Below are positions 38,397 through 48,436 of a stretch of DNA of 61,259 nucleotides, one piece after another. The first letter of the stretch is position 1; each line of letters starts with the position of its first letter. The stretch covers positions 1-61,259 of the forward strand of contig CBFGJX010000017.1 in the NCBI GenBank assembly GCA_965649225.1, given 5' to 3'. The stretch is from a candidate division WOR-3 bacterium. GTDB taxonomy: Bacteria; Hydrothermota; Tepidihabitantia; Tepidihabitantales; Tepidihabitantaceae. The position numbers and the translations under genes were made by a program. Below the pieces are notes generated by a model. It had not been told where the DNA came from. It worked only from the letters and a program-made list of their open reading frames with translations, and ran no database searches.

Positions 38397-39449
38397 ATGA
38401 ACAACACAGCTGACCAGATGCCTGCCGCCGAAGACTTTGCCGCGGTTCTGCGGCAGCAGTTACCGGCGCTGGCGGCGGTCGTCAACGAGAAACTGGTGCT
38501 GGACCTGAGATTTGATTGTCTGGAGCCGGGCTGTGACAATCCGGCACTGGTCCAGGAATACAGCCTGCTGTTCGGACGCAGTTACGCCGCCCTGCTGGAA
38601 CTGGGACTGCTGGAACTTTTGCCCGGTGAGCTGGAGTGGATGAAGCGGGTATTGACGGCGCGTGGATTTGCCACCGGTCTTCTGGTCAGAATGCTGGACG
38701 CATGGATTCTGGCGTTTGATGCCCAGCTGGGTCAAAGGCCGGCCGCGGCACTGACCCGACCGCTGCACCAGTTGAAGGCAGTTGCCGCGGCACCACTCCG
38801 GGAAGCCCCGGTGGCTGCAATCAGCCCCGAGGCAACGGCGTTTGCCGCGTTGCTGCTTGACCATCGCCGGCGGGCGGCGGCCGGATTCCTGCTGGAGCGG
38901 TCAGGGCGGTCGGTACCAGTGATTGTGCTGGACATCGTTCAACCGGCACTGGCAGAAATCGGCCGGCGCTGGGAGCGCAACGAGATTTCGGTTATCGAAG
39001 AACACGCGGCGACAGAGGTGTGCCGCTATGCGCTGATGCGGCTTTATGACGCGGCGAGCGCGGGCGATGCGACCGGTCCAACCGGACTGGTTGGCTGCGT
39101 GCCCGGGGAAGAACACGAGTTCGGCGCCTGGCTGGTTGCGGCCGAACTGGAGCGGAACGGCTGGAATGTCTGTTATGCCGGTCGCAGTGTGCCGGCGGAC
39201 GATTTGATTCGGGGTCTCGGCCGGCCCGGCATCGCTGCCGGATTTCTGTCGGTGCAGCATATCGTCAATCTGCCGGCAGCCCGGGCAGTGGTCGAGCGGA
39301 TTGTCAGCGAACTGCCGGCAATGAAAATTGTACTTGGCGGCCGGGCGGCGGTGCTGGCCGCCGGCCGACTGCAACGGCCGGGAGTGATGGTGGTCGGCCG
39401 GTTCGATGAGGCCGACCGCGCGGCAAGGGAGCTGCTGGCCGGTGCGTAG
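38397..39449 (+). CDS. Cobalamin-binding protein (CarH/LitR-type cap and B12 domain) with helical N-terminal domain and no HTH
   Basis: W-x9-EH (WERNEISVIEEH), ExHxxG (GEEHEFG), VLGGRA. Confidence 0.8.
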   Translation: MNNTADQMPAAEDFAAVLRQQLPALAAVVNEKLVLDLRFDCLEPGCDNPALVQEYSLLFGRSYAALLELGLLELLPGELEWMKRVLTARGFATGLLVRMLDAWILAFDAQLGQRPAAALTRPLHQLKAVAAAPLREAPVAAISPEATAFAALLLDHRRRAAAGFLLERSGRSVPVIVLDIVQPALAEIGRRWERNEISVIEEHAATEVCRYALMRLYDAASAGDATGPTGLVGCVPGEEHEFGAWLVAAELERNGWNVCYAGRSVPADDLIRGLGRPGIAAGFLSVQHIVNLPAARAVVERIVSELPAMKIVLGGRAAVLAAGRLQRPGVMVVGRFDEADRAARELLAGA

Positions 39450-40563
39450 CTACGCGGCAATCCGGATGCTGCTGCACGACCGGTCAACGACCGCCGGTGC
39501 GGTGCTGGGGGTAATCGCGATCGTCTTTCTTGTCGGGCAGCAGCTGGCGGTGCTTTTCGGGCTGCTGACCCTGATGACGGCGGTCGTGGACAACAGCGGC
39601 GCCGACATCTGGGTCTTGTCGCGCAATGCCGGCACAATCGGCACCGCCGGCAGTCTGCCCAGCCGGTATGTTGACCGGCTGGTCGGGCTGGCCGAAGTCG
39701 AATGGGCCCAGCCGCTGGTGTACGGCGGCGGTCAGTTGCGGCTGGCGGACGGAACATTCCAGACCGTGACGGTGGTCGGCGTTGTCCGGCCGGCGCTGGC
39801 GGGCGGGCCGTGGAGCTTTGCCCGGGGCAGTAATGCCGTGCTGCTGGCCCATGACGCGGTGACGGTTGACACATTTGACCTTGCCGACCTGGGCCGTCCG
39901 GCGATTGGCCAGGTCGTGGAAATCAATTCACGCCGGGTGGTGGTCGCGGCGTACACCCAGGGCTCGCGTGCCTTCGGCCCGCCGCTGGTGTTCACCAATG
40001 CCACCAAGGCGCGGGAAGTCACCGGTCTGCCGCCAGACCGGTGCAGCAACATTCTGGTCAAGCTCAAGCCGGGCGTTGACCGGAACCGGGCGCTGGCGGC
40101 AATCCGGCGACTGCTGCCGGCGGCAGACGCAATTACCTCGGCGGAACTGGCACGCAACACGATTGTCTACAACCTCACCAGCACCGGCATCGGCTCGAGT
40201 TTCGGTCTGACCACGCTGATCGGGGTGCTGGTCGGCGTGGTCATCATCACCCTGACGATGTACACCAACGTGCTCAACCGTCAGCGCGATTTCGCGGTGC
40301 TGCGGGCACTGGGCGCCCGGCGGCGGGATGTGCTGCTGATCATTCTGTTTCAGGCGCTGACAATCGGCGCACTGGGTCTGGTGATCGGGTTCTTTCTCCT
40401 CGCCGGGTTTCTGTTCGGGGTGCAGGGGTCAAGACTGCCGGCGAACTTGCCGCTGTGGGTGCCGCCGGCGCATGCGTTGCTGACCTTTCTGCTTTGTCTG
40501 GTCGGTTCGTTGCTGGCGTTGCGTCGGGCGCTGGCGATCGAGCCGGCTTCGGCATTCCGCTGA
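39442..40563 (+). CDS. ABC exporter permease (FtsX/DevC-like)
   Basis: ADIWV periplasmic domain; RDFAVLRALGA; C-terminal IEPASAFR. Confidence 0.85.
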   Translation: MRSYAAIRMLLHDRSTTAGAVLGVIAIVFLVGQQLAVLFGLLTLMTAVVDNSGADIWVLSRNAGTIGTAGSLPSRYVDRLVGLAEVEWAQPLVYGGGQLRLADGTFQTVTVVGVVRPALAGGPWSFARGSNAVLLAHDAVTVDTFDLADLGRPAIGQVVEINSRRVVVAAYTQGSRAFGPPLVFTNATKAREVTGLPPDRCSNILVKLKPGVDRNRALAAIRRLLPAADAITSAELARNTIVYNLTSTGIGSSFGLTTLIGVLVGVVIITLTMYTNVLNRQRDFAVLRALGARRRDVLLIILFQALTIGALGLVIGFFLLAGFLFGVQGSRLPANLPLWVPPAHALLTFLLCLVGSLLALRRALAIEPASAFR

Positions 40564-41282
40564 TGGCAGACGGCACGGGCCGGGTGGTGCTGCGCCTTGA
40601 TGGCGTGGCGCGGGATTTCTCCGACGGCCGGGTGGTGCGCCGGGTGCTGAGGGAAACGACGCTGGATATATTCGCCGGCGAGCTGACCGCACTGGCCGGG
40701 CCGTCGGGTTCGGGCAAGACGACGCTGCTGACGGTGATGGGGCTGGTGCTGAGTCCGAGCAGCGGCCGGATTGAGGTTGACGGGATTGACACTGCCGGGC
40801 TTTCCGAAGACGGCCGGGCAACGCTGCGGCTGGAGAAGTTCGGTTTCGTGTTTCAGCAGGCGGCGCTGGTGCCGGCGCTGTCGGCGCTGGACAACGTGCT
40901 GATCGCCCGGGCGGTTCAGGGCGGCCGGGTGACCGAGGTGGTACGGCAGTCGGCGGTCCGGCTGCTGGAGGAACTGGGGATGGGCGAATATCTCAATGCC
41001 CGGCCGGCGCAGCTTTCCGGTGGTCAGCAGCAGCGGGTTGGCATCGCCCGGGCGCTGCTGGGCGACCCGGTGCTGCTGTTGTGTGATGAGCCGACATCGG
41101 CGCTGGACGTTGATTCGAGCCGGGTGGTGCTGGATACGCTGAAGCGGTTGTCACGCGACCCGCGGCGCGGCGTAGTGCTGGTGACCCACGACCCGCGGGT
41201 GTTTCCCTATGCCGACCGGCTGGTGAAAATGGAAGACGGCGCGGTGGTTTACGATTCGCGCGCCGGGACTGGAGGCAGTTGA
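40563..41282 (+). CDS. ABC exporter ATP-binding protein (LolD/DevA-like)
   Basis: GPSGSGKT, LSGGQQQRV, CDEPT, VTHD. Confidence 0.93.
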   Translation: MADGTGRVVLRLDGVARDFSDGRVVRRVLRETTLDIFAGELTALAGPSGSGKTTLLTVMGLVLSPSSGRIEVDGIDTAGLSEDGRATLRLEKFGFVFQQAALVPALSALDNVLIARAVQGGRVTEVVRQSAVRLLEELGMGEYLNARPAQLSGGQQQRVGIARALLGDPVLLLCDEPTSALDVDSSRVVLDTLKRLSRDPRRGVVLVTHDPRVFPYADRLVKMEDGAVVYDSRAGTGGS

Positions 41283-41283
41283 G

Positions 41284-42150
41284 ATGAAGAGTTTTGTCAG
41301 GCGGGCAGCGGTGCCGGTCGTGATTGGAATCGTGCTGCTGTTCGTGGTCGTGGCACTGCTGCGCTCGGCGCCCAAGCGGTCGGCGCCGGAGCCGCCCGAT
41401 GCCGCGGCGGCACCGGTGCGGATGTATGGTCGGGTCGAGCCGCTGGGCGGGCCGGTGTACGTGGCGGCGCGGGTGCCGCGTCCGGTCAGCGCCATTCTTG
41501 TCGCCGAGGGCGATACGGTTGAAAGCGACCAGCCGCTGCTGGTGTGCGAAAACTCGCTGGAAGCGGCACAGGTCGCGGCGGCCGAGGCAAGGCTGGCGGC
41601 GGCGGAGCGGACCTGGGCAATCAGCCGCGACAGCTATGAGCGCGCACTCGGCCTGAGCCCCAGACAGGGGATTTCCGAACAGGACATCACTCAGCTCCGC
41701 CTGCGGGCCGAGCTGGACTCGGCGACGGTGGCGGCGGGCCGGGCCGAGCTCAGGCTGGCACGGGCTCAACTTGACCAGCTCACGCTGCGGGCGCCGGTGG
41801 CCGGGGTGGTGTACAAGCTGGATGTGCGGCTGGGCCAGACCCTGGCGGCGGGTGACGATTCGAAGATAATGCTCGGCGCCCCCGGGCTGCAGGCGCGGCT
41901 GTTCGTCGAGTCGTACTGGCGGGACCGGGTCCGGCCGGGCAACCGCTACCGGTTGCGTGAGACCGAATCGCGCCGGGAACTGGGCACCGGGCGGGTGGTG
42001 TCGGTTTCGCCGGCGCTGGGCGGACGGACGGTGCGCAGTGAGGACGTCGGTGAGCGGTTCGATGTCGAGTACGCCGTCGTCATACTCGAGCTCGAAGGTG
42101 TTACCGGGCTGCCGCCCGGGCTGGCGGTGGTGGCGGAGGAGGAGCAGTGA
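41284..42150 (+). CDS. HlyD-family membrane fusion protein
   Basis: N-terminal TM, V.EGD.V lipoyl-like motif, coiled coil, LRAPVAGVV. Confidence 0.85.
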   Translation: MKSFVRRAAVPVVIGIVLLFVVVALLRSAPKRSAPEPPDAAAAPVRMYGRVEPLGGPVYVAARVPRPVSAILVAEGDTVESDQPLLVCENSLEAAQVAAAEARLAAAERTWAISRDSYERALGLSPRQGISEQDITQLRLRAELDSATVAAGRAELRLARAQLDQLTLRAPVAGVVYKLDVRLGQTLAAGDDSKIMLGAPGLQARLFVESYWRDRVRPGNRYRLRETESRRELGTGRVVSVSPALGGRTVRSEDVGERFDVEYAVVILELEGVTGLPPGLAVVAEEEQ

Positions 42151-43109
42151 ACGAGGCGGTCCGGCCCCGGCTGCTGTTCAGCCGCTGTCTGGGATTTGAC
42201 CACTGCCGCTACAACGGCGAGGTCATCAACGACGATTTCGTTCAGAAACTCCGCTCTCACGTCGAAGCGGTGACGGTCTGTCCCGAGGTGGCGATCGGGC
42301 TGGGTGTGCCGCGCGACCCGATACGGATTATCCGGACCGCCGGCGAGAAGAAACTGATTCAGCCCAAGACCGGGCGCGACTGCACCACGGCGATGACCGG
42401 GTTCTGCACGACATTTCTCGACGGGCTTGAGCCGGTGGACGGGTTCGTGCTCAAGTCGCGCTCGCCGTCGTGCGGGACGCGGGATGTCAAGACCTACAAC
42501 GAGGAAGGCAACCTGCTGCCTTCCGCCAAGCGACAGGGTTTTTTCGGCGGTGCGGTGATGGAGCGGTTTGCACACCTGCCGGTCGAGGACGAGGGCCGGC
42601 TGAGAAACTTCACCATCCGCGAGCACTTTCTTGCCCGGGTCTGGACACTGGCCGAGTTCCGCGTGGTTGCGGCCGAACCGGCGCTGGGCCGGCTGGTGGC
42701 GTTCCACGCCCGGCACAAGCTGCTGCTGATGGCTTTCAATCAGGACGAACTGCACCGGCTGGGCCGGGTCGTGGCCAATGCCGAGCGCCGGCCGGCGGCC
42801 GAAGTATTCCGGCTCTACGCCGCGGGGCTGGCCCGGGCGCTGGCCCACCCGGTCAAGTACACTGCGGCAATCAACGTGCTGATGCATGCCCTCGGATACT
42901 TCAAGGACGGCTTGAACAAGGCGGAGAAGGCCGAGTTTCTCGATGCGCTGGAGGCGTTCCGGCGCGGCAAGCTGCCGCTGTCGGTGCCGGTCGGCATCCT
43001 GCGGGCCTGGATTGCGCGGTTCGACGAACAGTACCTCGCTCAGCAGAGCTTTCTGCGGCCCTACCCGGTCGAGCTGGTCGAGATTCACGATTCGGGCAAG
43101 GGACGCTGA
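42147..43109 (+). CDS. DUF523-DUF1722 fusion (TudS-YbgA; RudS-like thiouridine desulfidase)
   Basis: SRCLG..CRYNG, CPEV.IGLGVPR, KSRSPSCG, EDEGRL, FHARHK, NVLMH..GYF, YL.QQ.FL.PYP. Confidence 0.88.
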   Translation: MNEAVRPRLLFSRCLGFDHCRYNGEVINDDFVQKLRSHVEAVTVCPEVAIGLGVPRDPIRIIRTAGEKKLIQPKTGRDCTTAMTGFCTTFLDGLEPVDGFVLKSRSPSCGTRDVKTYNEEGNLLPSAKRQGFFGGAVMERFAHLPVEDEGRLRNFTIREHFLARVWTLAEFRVVAAEPALGRLVAFHARHKLLLMAFNQDELHRLGRVVANAERRPAAEVFRLYAAGLARALAHPVKYTAAINVLMHALGYFKDGLNKAEKAEFLDALEAFRRGKLPLSVPVGILRAWIARFDEQYLAQQSFLRPYPVELVEIHDSGKGR

Positions 43110-43170
43110 GGAGAACCGCGAAGGCCGAATGGCGGGCGGCGAAGTGCCGAACTGACCGGGACTGCTGCCG

Positions 43171-44064
43171 GTGCGGATAGGCTACCCCTGCATCAATCGG
43201 ACGGTCGAATGTCTCGGCGACCGGACGTTCCGGCTGCGCTCGTACAGTCCGGAGCGGCTGGTGGCAACGGTCGAAAACAACCTGCGCTGCCTGGAGCGTG
43301 TCCTGCACTGGAATGCCGAGCGCGGCATCAGGTTTTTCCGCATCAGCTCGGACCTGGTGCCGTTTGCCTCGCATCCGGTCTGCACCTTTCCATGGCAGAC
43401 CCATTTTCAGACGGCGTTTGCGCGCATCGGCCGGTTCATCCGCCGGCACCGGATGCGGATTTCGATGCATCCGGACCAGTTTGTGCTGATCAACGCGCTC
43501 GACGAACGGATCGTTGAAAACAGCGTCCGGGAGCTGGAGTATCACGCCGCGGTGCTTGACCGGCTGGGCCTGGGCCGGAGCGCCAAGATTCAGATTCATG
43601 TCGGCGGCGTGTACGGTGACCGGGACGCGGCGATCGAGCGGTTCGCCGAACGCCACCGGCGCTTGCCCGATTCGGTACGGCGGCGGCTGGTAATCGAAAA
43701 CGACGACGTCAACTACCCGGTCGCCGACTGTCTGCGCGTCCACCGTCTTGTCGGTATTCCGGTGCTGTTTGACAGTTTTCATCACGCGGTGAACAACCGG
43801 GGGGAAAGCCTCGAAGAGGCACTGGCGGCCTGCGCGCGCACCTGGCGCCGGCCGGACGGCATACCGATGTGCGACTACTCGTCGCAGGAGCCGGGCATGC
43901 GGCGGGGCAAGCATGCCGAGCACATCGCCCTTGACGACTTTCGGCAGTTCCTGCGCCGGACCCGGCGGCACGATTTTGACCTGATGCTGGAAATCAAAGA
44001 CAAGGAAAAGAGCGCGCTGGCAGCAATCCGGGCGGCGCGCCGCGACCCGCGACTGGTGGCTTGA
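43171..44064 (+). CDS. uvsE: UV DNA damage endonuclease
   Basis: RIGYPCIN, FFRISSDLVPFASHP, SMHPDQF, IHVGG, IENDD, FDSFHH, LEIKDKE. Confidence 0.93.
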   Translation: MRIGYPCINRTVECLGDRTFRLRSYSPERLVATVENNLRCLERVLHWNAERGIRFFRISSDLVPFASHPVCTFPWQTHFQTAFARIGRFIRRHRMRISMHPDQFVLINALDERIVENSVRELEYHAAVLDRLGLGRSAKIQIHVGGVYGDRDAAIERFAERHRRLPDSVRRRLVIENDDVNYPVADCLRVHRLVGIPVLFDSFHHAVNNRGESLEEALAACARTWRRPDGIPMCDYSSQEPGMRRGKHAEHIALDDFRQFLRRTRRHDFDLMLEIKDKEKSALAAIRAARRDPRLVA

Positions 44065-44109
44065 CCGGCCGCGGGGCCGGCCTAGACTGGCGGTACTGGA
44101 GGCGGAGCG

Positions 44110-45711
44110 ATGAAGCCGATTGCTTTGTCCGCAATGCTGCTGCTGCTGTTGTCCGGGTCGGCCACGGGCTGGACCCTGGAACTGGTACGGACAATCGGGC
44201 TGGACAACCACGGCATGTCGGCGACCGGCGTCTTTGACCTCGACGGCGACGACGTGCCCGAGCTGCTGGTGCCGGGCAATGCCCGGCTCTACTGCTGCGA
44301 CGTCAATGGCATCGTTCGCTGGCTGTTCACACCGGCCAGCAATTATTTTCCGGCGGTGAGCTCGCCGGTGGCGGCCGACATCGACGACGACGGCGCGGTC
44401 GAGGTCGTGGTGGCGACGCCGCTGGCGGTGTATGCGCTGTCGGCGCGCGGCGATTCGCTCTGGCGGCACACGCTGGGCGGACAGGGCGCGGTGCAGAACT
44501 GCATCGCCTCGGTCGCGCTCGGCGATGTCAACCGCGACCGCCGGCTCGAAGTGTTTGCCTACGAGGTTTACAATAACCGGTTGCTCTGTCTCGAACCGCT
44601 GCGGGGCGAGACCTTGTGGACCTATGCCGAGACAACCGGCGCGCGTTTTTCGGTCGGCACGCCAACGGTGGCCGACCTCGACAACGACGGCCGGCTGGAA
44701 GTGCTGGGGCAGGTTTCCTTTGCGGCCGGTGGCGGCCAGCTTTACTGTCTGGACAACGCCGGTAACAAGCTCTGGAGCTACAACACCGCCGGCTCCGGGA
44801 TTGCCGGCTGGCAGCTGGCGTCGGCAGCGGTCGGCGACGTGGACAACGACGACACGCTCGAGGTCATCGGTGTCGCCAACTACTGGGGTGCGTTCTGTCT
44901 CGACCACCGGGGACGCGAGGTCTGGACCCGGCGGGTCAGTGAACACGCGGCAGGGTACCCGGCGCTTGCCGACCTGGACCGCGACGACACGCTTGATGTG
45001 GTTCTGGCGCTGGGGCCGGCACTGCGGTGCTGCAACGCCCGCACCGGCCGGGAGAAGTGGCAGTTCCGCGTGGCCGAGGGTTACTATATCGTTTCCTCGC
45101 CCGGGCTGGCGGACTTCGACGGTGATGGCCGGCTCGAGGTCGTCTTCGCCGAGGTGAAGCAGAACAATCCCAACGATTCGCTGCGGCCGATGTGGGTGCT
45201 GGATTGCGCCGGCCGACCGCTGTGGAGCGATACGGTCGGCACGACGATGGCCGATGCGACCTGCGGCGACTTCGACGGTGACGGCCGGGTCGAGTTCTGC
45301 ATCGGGCCGACCTATCGCTGGTCCCAGTGGTGGCTTTTTGAAACCGATACGGTGGCGGTGGCGCCGGGCCGGCGGTTCTGGCCGACGCTGCAGCACGACA
45401 TCTGGCGCACCGGGCTTTTCGGCTATGCGGGGCCGCCGGTGGCACTGGCCGAACGGCCGGCGCTGCCGCCGCGCGCAACGCTCAGGGTATATCCCAGTCT
45501 GGCCCGGAGTAGTGTCCAGCTGGTTGCAAGCCGCGCCGGCACGGTCAGCATTCACGATGCGGCCGGGCGACGGGTGCGGGTCGTGGCGCTGGACCGCTGC
45601 GGGACGGGAGTGTGGAACGGCGCTGACGAGCAGGGCCGACGGGTCGCACCGGGCGTTTACCTGTGCCGGCTTGAGGGCGTCGGCGCGGTCCGGGTGGTGA
45701 TGGCACGGTAG
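44110..45711 (+). CDS. Secreted FG-GAP/VCBS-repeat protein with FlgD-Ig/CTD tail
   Basis: Repeated DLDGDG/DIDDDG.EV; WPTLQHD..RTG; WNGADEQG.RVAPGVY. Confidence 0.85.
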   Translation: MKPIALSAMLLLLLSGSATGWTLELVRTIGLDNHGMSATGVFDLDGDDVPELLVPGNARLYCCDVNGIVRWLFTPASNYFPAVSSPVAADIDDDGAVEVVVATPLAVYALSARGDSLWRHTLGGQGAVQNCIASVALGDVNRDRRLEVFAYEVYNNRLLCLEPLRGETLWTYAETTGARFSVGTPTVADLDNDGRLEVLGQVSFAAGGGQLYCLDNAGNKLWSYNTAGSGIAGWQLASAAVGDVDNDDTLEVIGVANYWGAFCLDHRGREVWTRRVSEHAAGYPALADLDRDDTLDVVLALGPALRCCNARTGREKWQFRVAEGYYIVSSPGLADFDGDGRLEVVFAEVKQNNPNDSLRPMWVLDCAGRPLWSDTVGTTMADATCGDFDGDGRVEFCIGPTYRWSQWWLFETDTVAVAPGRRFWPTLQHDIWRTGLFGYAGPPVALAERPALPPRATLRVYPSLARSSVQLVASRAGTVSIHDAAGRRVRVVALDRCGTGVWNGADEQGRRVAPGVYLCRLEGVGAVRVVMAR

Positions 45712-45735
45712 TTCGTTCGACTGAGGCGACAGCGA

Positions 45736-45763
45736 AGCCGGCCCGCCAGAAGGCGGGCCGGCT
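45736..45763. terminator. Hairpin between convergent genes
   Basis: AGCCGGCCCGCC-AGAA-GGCGGGCCGGCT. Confidence 0.75.
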
Positions 45764-45780
45764 GAGTTCAGACGAGGCTG

Positions 45781-47997
45781 CTAGTCGGCCTTGACGAACC
45801 GGGCTGTGCGCGTGCCGTCCGGACCGGCAAGCCGGACAAAGTAGGTGCCGGCGGCAAGGTTACGCGCGTCGAAGCGCCACAACCCGGCACTGGCCGACAG
45901 GTCGCGCGCGCCGAGGTCGAGTACGCAGCTGCCGGTGTGGTCATAGACCGCGGCGGTGAACCGGCCCGGGCCGGCGGGCGTAAACTCGATGAGGCCGGTG
46001 CCGGTCAGCGGGTTGGGCCAGATGCGCAGGCCGGGACGGGCGACGCCGGGCCGGCTCGGCTCGGCCAGCGCGGTCGGTACGCCGGTGCGGAACACCGAGC
46101 CGCCTTCGGTGCCGGCAAGCAGGGTGCCGTCGCTCGAGCGCAGGGCGAGCGAAAGCACCTTGGTGTTGGTCAGGCCGGTCGAGAAGTCGGTCCAGGTCGC
46201 ACCGTAGTCGGTGCTCCTGTACACGCCGTAGCCATAGGTGCCGGCGTAGAGCACGTTGGGACTGGCGGCGTTGACGACGACCGCCTTGATGTTCCGGTTG
46301 AGCGACGACAGGGTCCAGGTCTGGCCGCCGTCGGTCGAGCGGAACAGGCCGGTGCTGTTGCCGGCATAGATGCGGTTCGGGCTGGTCGGGTCAACTGCCA
46401 GGACATTGATCGTTCCGGTGAGCCCGGTGCGGCTCTGGGTCCAGGTCGCGCCGAGGTCAGTGCTGACGAGCAGGGCCGGATAGGAGTAGGCCGAGTCGCC
46501 ACCGACATAGACACGATTGGGGTCAACCGGGTCAAAGGCGACGGTCCAGGCACGGGTGCCGTGCGGCAGGGTATCTACCCGCCAGGTCGCGCCGTCGTCG
46601 GTCGTGCGCATTACGCCGATGTAGTAGGCGGCGTTGTAGACATAGCCGACTGCGAACACGACATTGGAATTGTGGGGCGAGACGGCGACGCAACCGCCGT
46701 CAGAAAGTGGGGTGCTGTATGTTTGCCAAGCGGCTCCGCCGCTGGTGCTCTTGAAGAGCTCGGCGTTGCCTCAGCCCGAGCCTTCGAGCATCCAGAGACG
46801 TTGCGGGTCCGCCGGGTCAAACGTGATGCTGCAGAGATTGCCGCAGGTCAGCGGCGTCGATTCGGGCGACCAGGTGTTGCCGTTGTCGGTGGTGCTGAAC
46901 AGATCGTAGTCGATAAACTCGGCCCAGGCATGACCGGGCCGGCCGGGCACATGCACCACGACCGGAATCCGGCCGATGACGATGCCGGTGTTGGCCGGAG
47001 TCCAGGTTACGCCGTAGTCGGTGGATTTGAACATCCCGCCGGTCGAGCCGCAGAGGACAACGCCGTTCTGGCCGGGCACGGTGAGCACGGTGCGAATCTG
47101 GGTACCCTGAATACCGGCGGAGGAGTTGGTCCAGGTCAGACCGCCGTCGGTCGAGCGCCAGACGCCGGTGTAGGCAGCAGAGTAGAGGATGTTGGGATTG
47201 TCGGGAGCGGCAACGATGCGGTAGTTGTAGTTGTTGGTGCTCTGGCGGACCCAGGTCTGGCCGCCGTTGGTCGAGCGGTAGACGCCGTAGAGCGTGCCGG
47301 CAAAGACGGTGTTGTGACTGGCCGGGTCGATGTAGAAGGAGTAGAGGTAGTAGGCGTTGGTCGGGAAGTCGTAGCGGGTCCAGGTCGCGCCGCAGTCGGT
47401 GGACTTGAAGACGATGGTGATGTTGTTCCAGTACGCGCCGACATAGACGACATTGGTATCGACCGGGTCGACGATGGCCGCGTAGATGGTCGAACCGGTG
47501 AAGGTGTCAATCTGGGTCGCGGTCCAGGTCGCGCCGCCGTCGGTGCTTTTGGTGCAGTTGAACTTCCACGCACTTCCGTCATATTTGTAGGTCGGTACGT
47601 AAATCGTCTGCGGGTTGCGGGGGTTGAGCGCGATGTCGTTGCCGTTGTTGTTGGAACCGAGTGAGCTGAACAGCCAGTTCAGGCCGCCGTCGGTGGTGCG
47701 GTAGAAGCTCGACGAGACAACGCCGTAGAGCCGGTTTGGATCGGTCGGGTGGGCGACGAGCTTCTGAGGATAGCTGGTCAGCACCGCGCCATAGGGTGCC
47801 CAGGTCGCGCCGGCGTCGGTCGAGCGCAGCAGCGGAAAGCTGGTGTTGGTTGACGCGATGTACAGTGCCGGTGGAGTGCCGGCAGTCGTCGCGCCCGCGA
47901 ACACCGGTCCGCCCGCCGGCCCGACGCTTTCCCAGTTGGCAAAGCCAACCGCGAACAGCGCAAGCAGGGCGCCGATGATTATTGCGGACCTTCTCAT
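45781..47997 (-). CDS. Secreted Asp-box/BNR beta-propeller with CTD tail, containing one in-frame UGA (46773-46771); 738 aa if read through
   Basis: ORFs 47997-46771 and 46659-45781 share a frame; the 37 intervening codons are open and encode an Asp-box (FKSTSGGAAW); signal peptide only in the 5' part, CTD only in the 3' part. Confidence 0.75.
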
Positions 47998-48436
47998 GCC
48001 TTCGGTCTCCTTTCGCCCGCAAACGGGCGTTGAAATGTCGATTCAGCGAACATTGTGGCAGCAAACACACAGCCTGCCGCCAGATTCTATGGCCGGTGAC
48101 CGGTGGAGTCAACCGCAGTCGGCGTTTGAGTCCGAACTGGAGCGGGCAAAGACAGCCGGTGGCGACGGGATGTTTCACTGGCCGAAAAGGCAGTAATCCG
48201 AGCCGCAGGTGGATAGTGCCGCTGTCACAGCTTCGGTCGGGGGCATCAACCGGAGTGGTGACTGCGACAGTTACCGCCCGGCGTCGGAGTTGAAGCCGGC
48301 AAAGCGGCCCGGCCACCAGCGGCGGGGGAGACGGCCGGGCCGGCACCGGCGGCGTCGGCCTTGTGCATGAAGCGCCGGCGGTTGCGGCGGTGAACCACCG
48401 GATTTCCCGACATCAAAAATGATGTATAATCAGAGG

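Noticed and set aside
42901..45555. 884-aa minus-strand ORF
   Set aside because: Antisense shadow of uvsE and the FG-GAP gene; no motifs, and long shadows are expected at high GC.
46771..46773. Genome-wide UGA reassignment (code 4 or 25) as the explanation for the in-frame UGA
   Set aside because: UGA terminates conserved genes at their expected ends in this window (galE, accD, uvsE).
45937..47664. 575-aa plus-strand ORF spanning the UGA junction
   Set aside because: Antisense shadow of the propeller gene; its continuity only reflects codon bias on the coding strand.
48060..48075. Possible third sigma-54 promoter (AGGCTGTGTGTTTGCT) upstream of the UGA gene
   Set aside because: GG-N10-GC spacing is right but the -24 element is poor; too weak to call.
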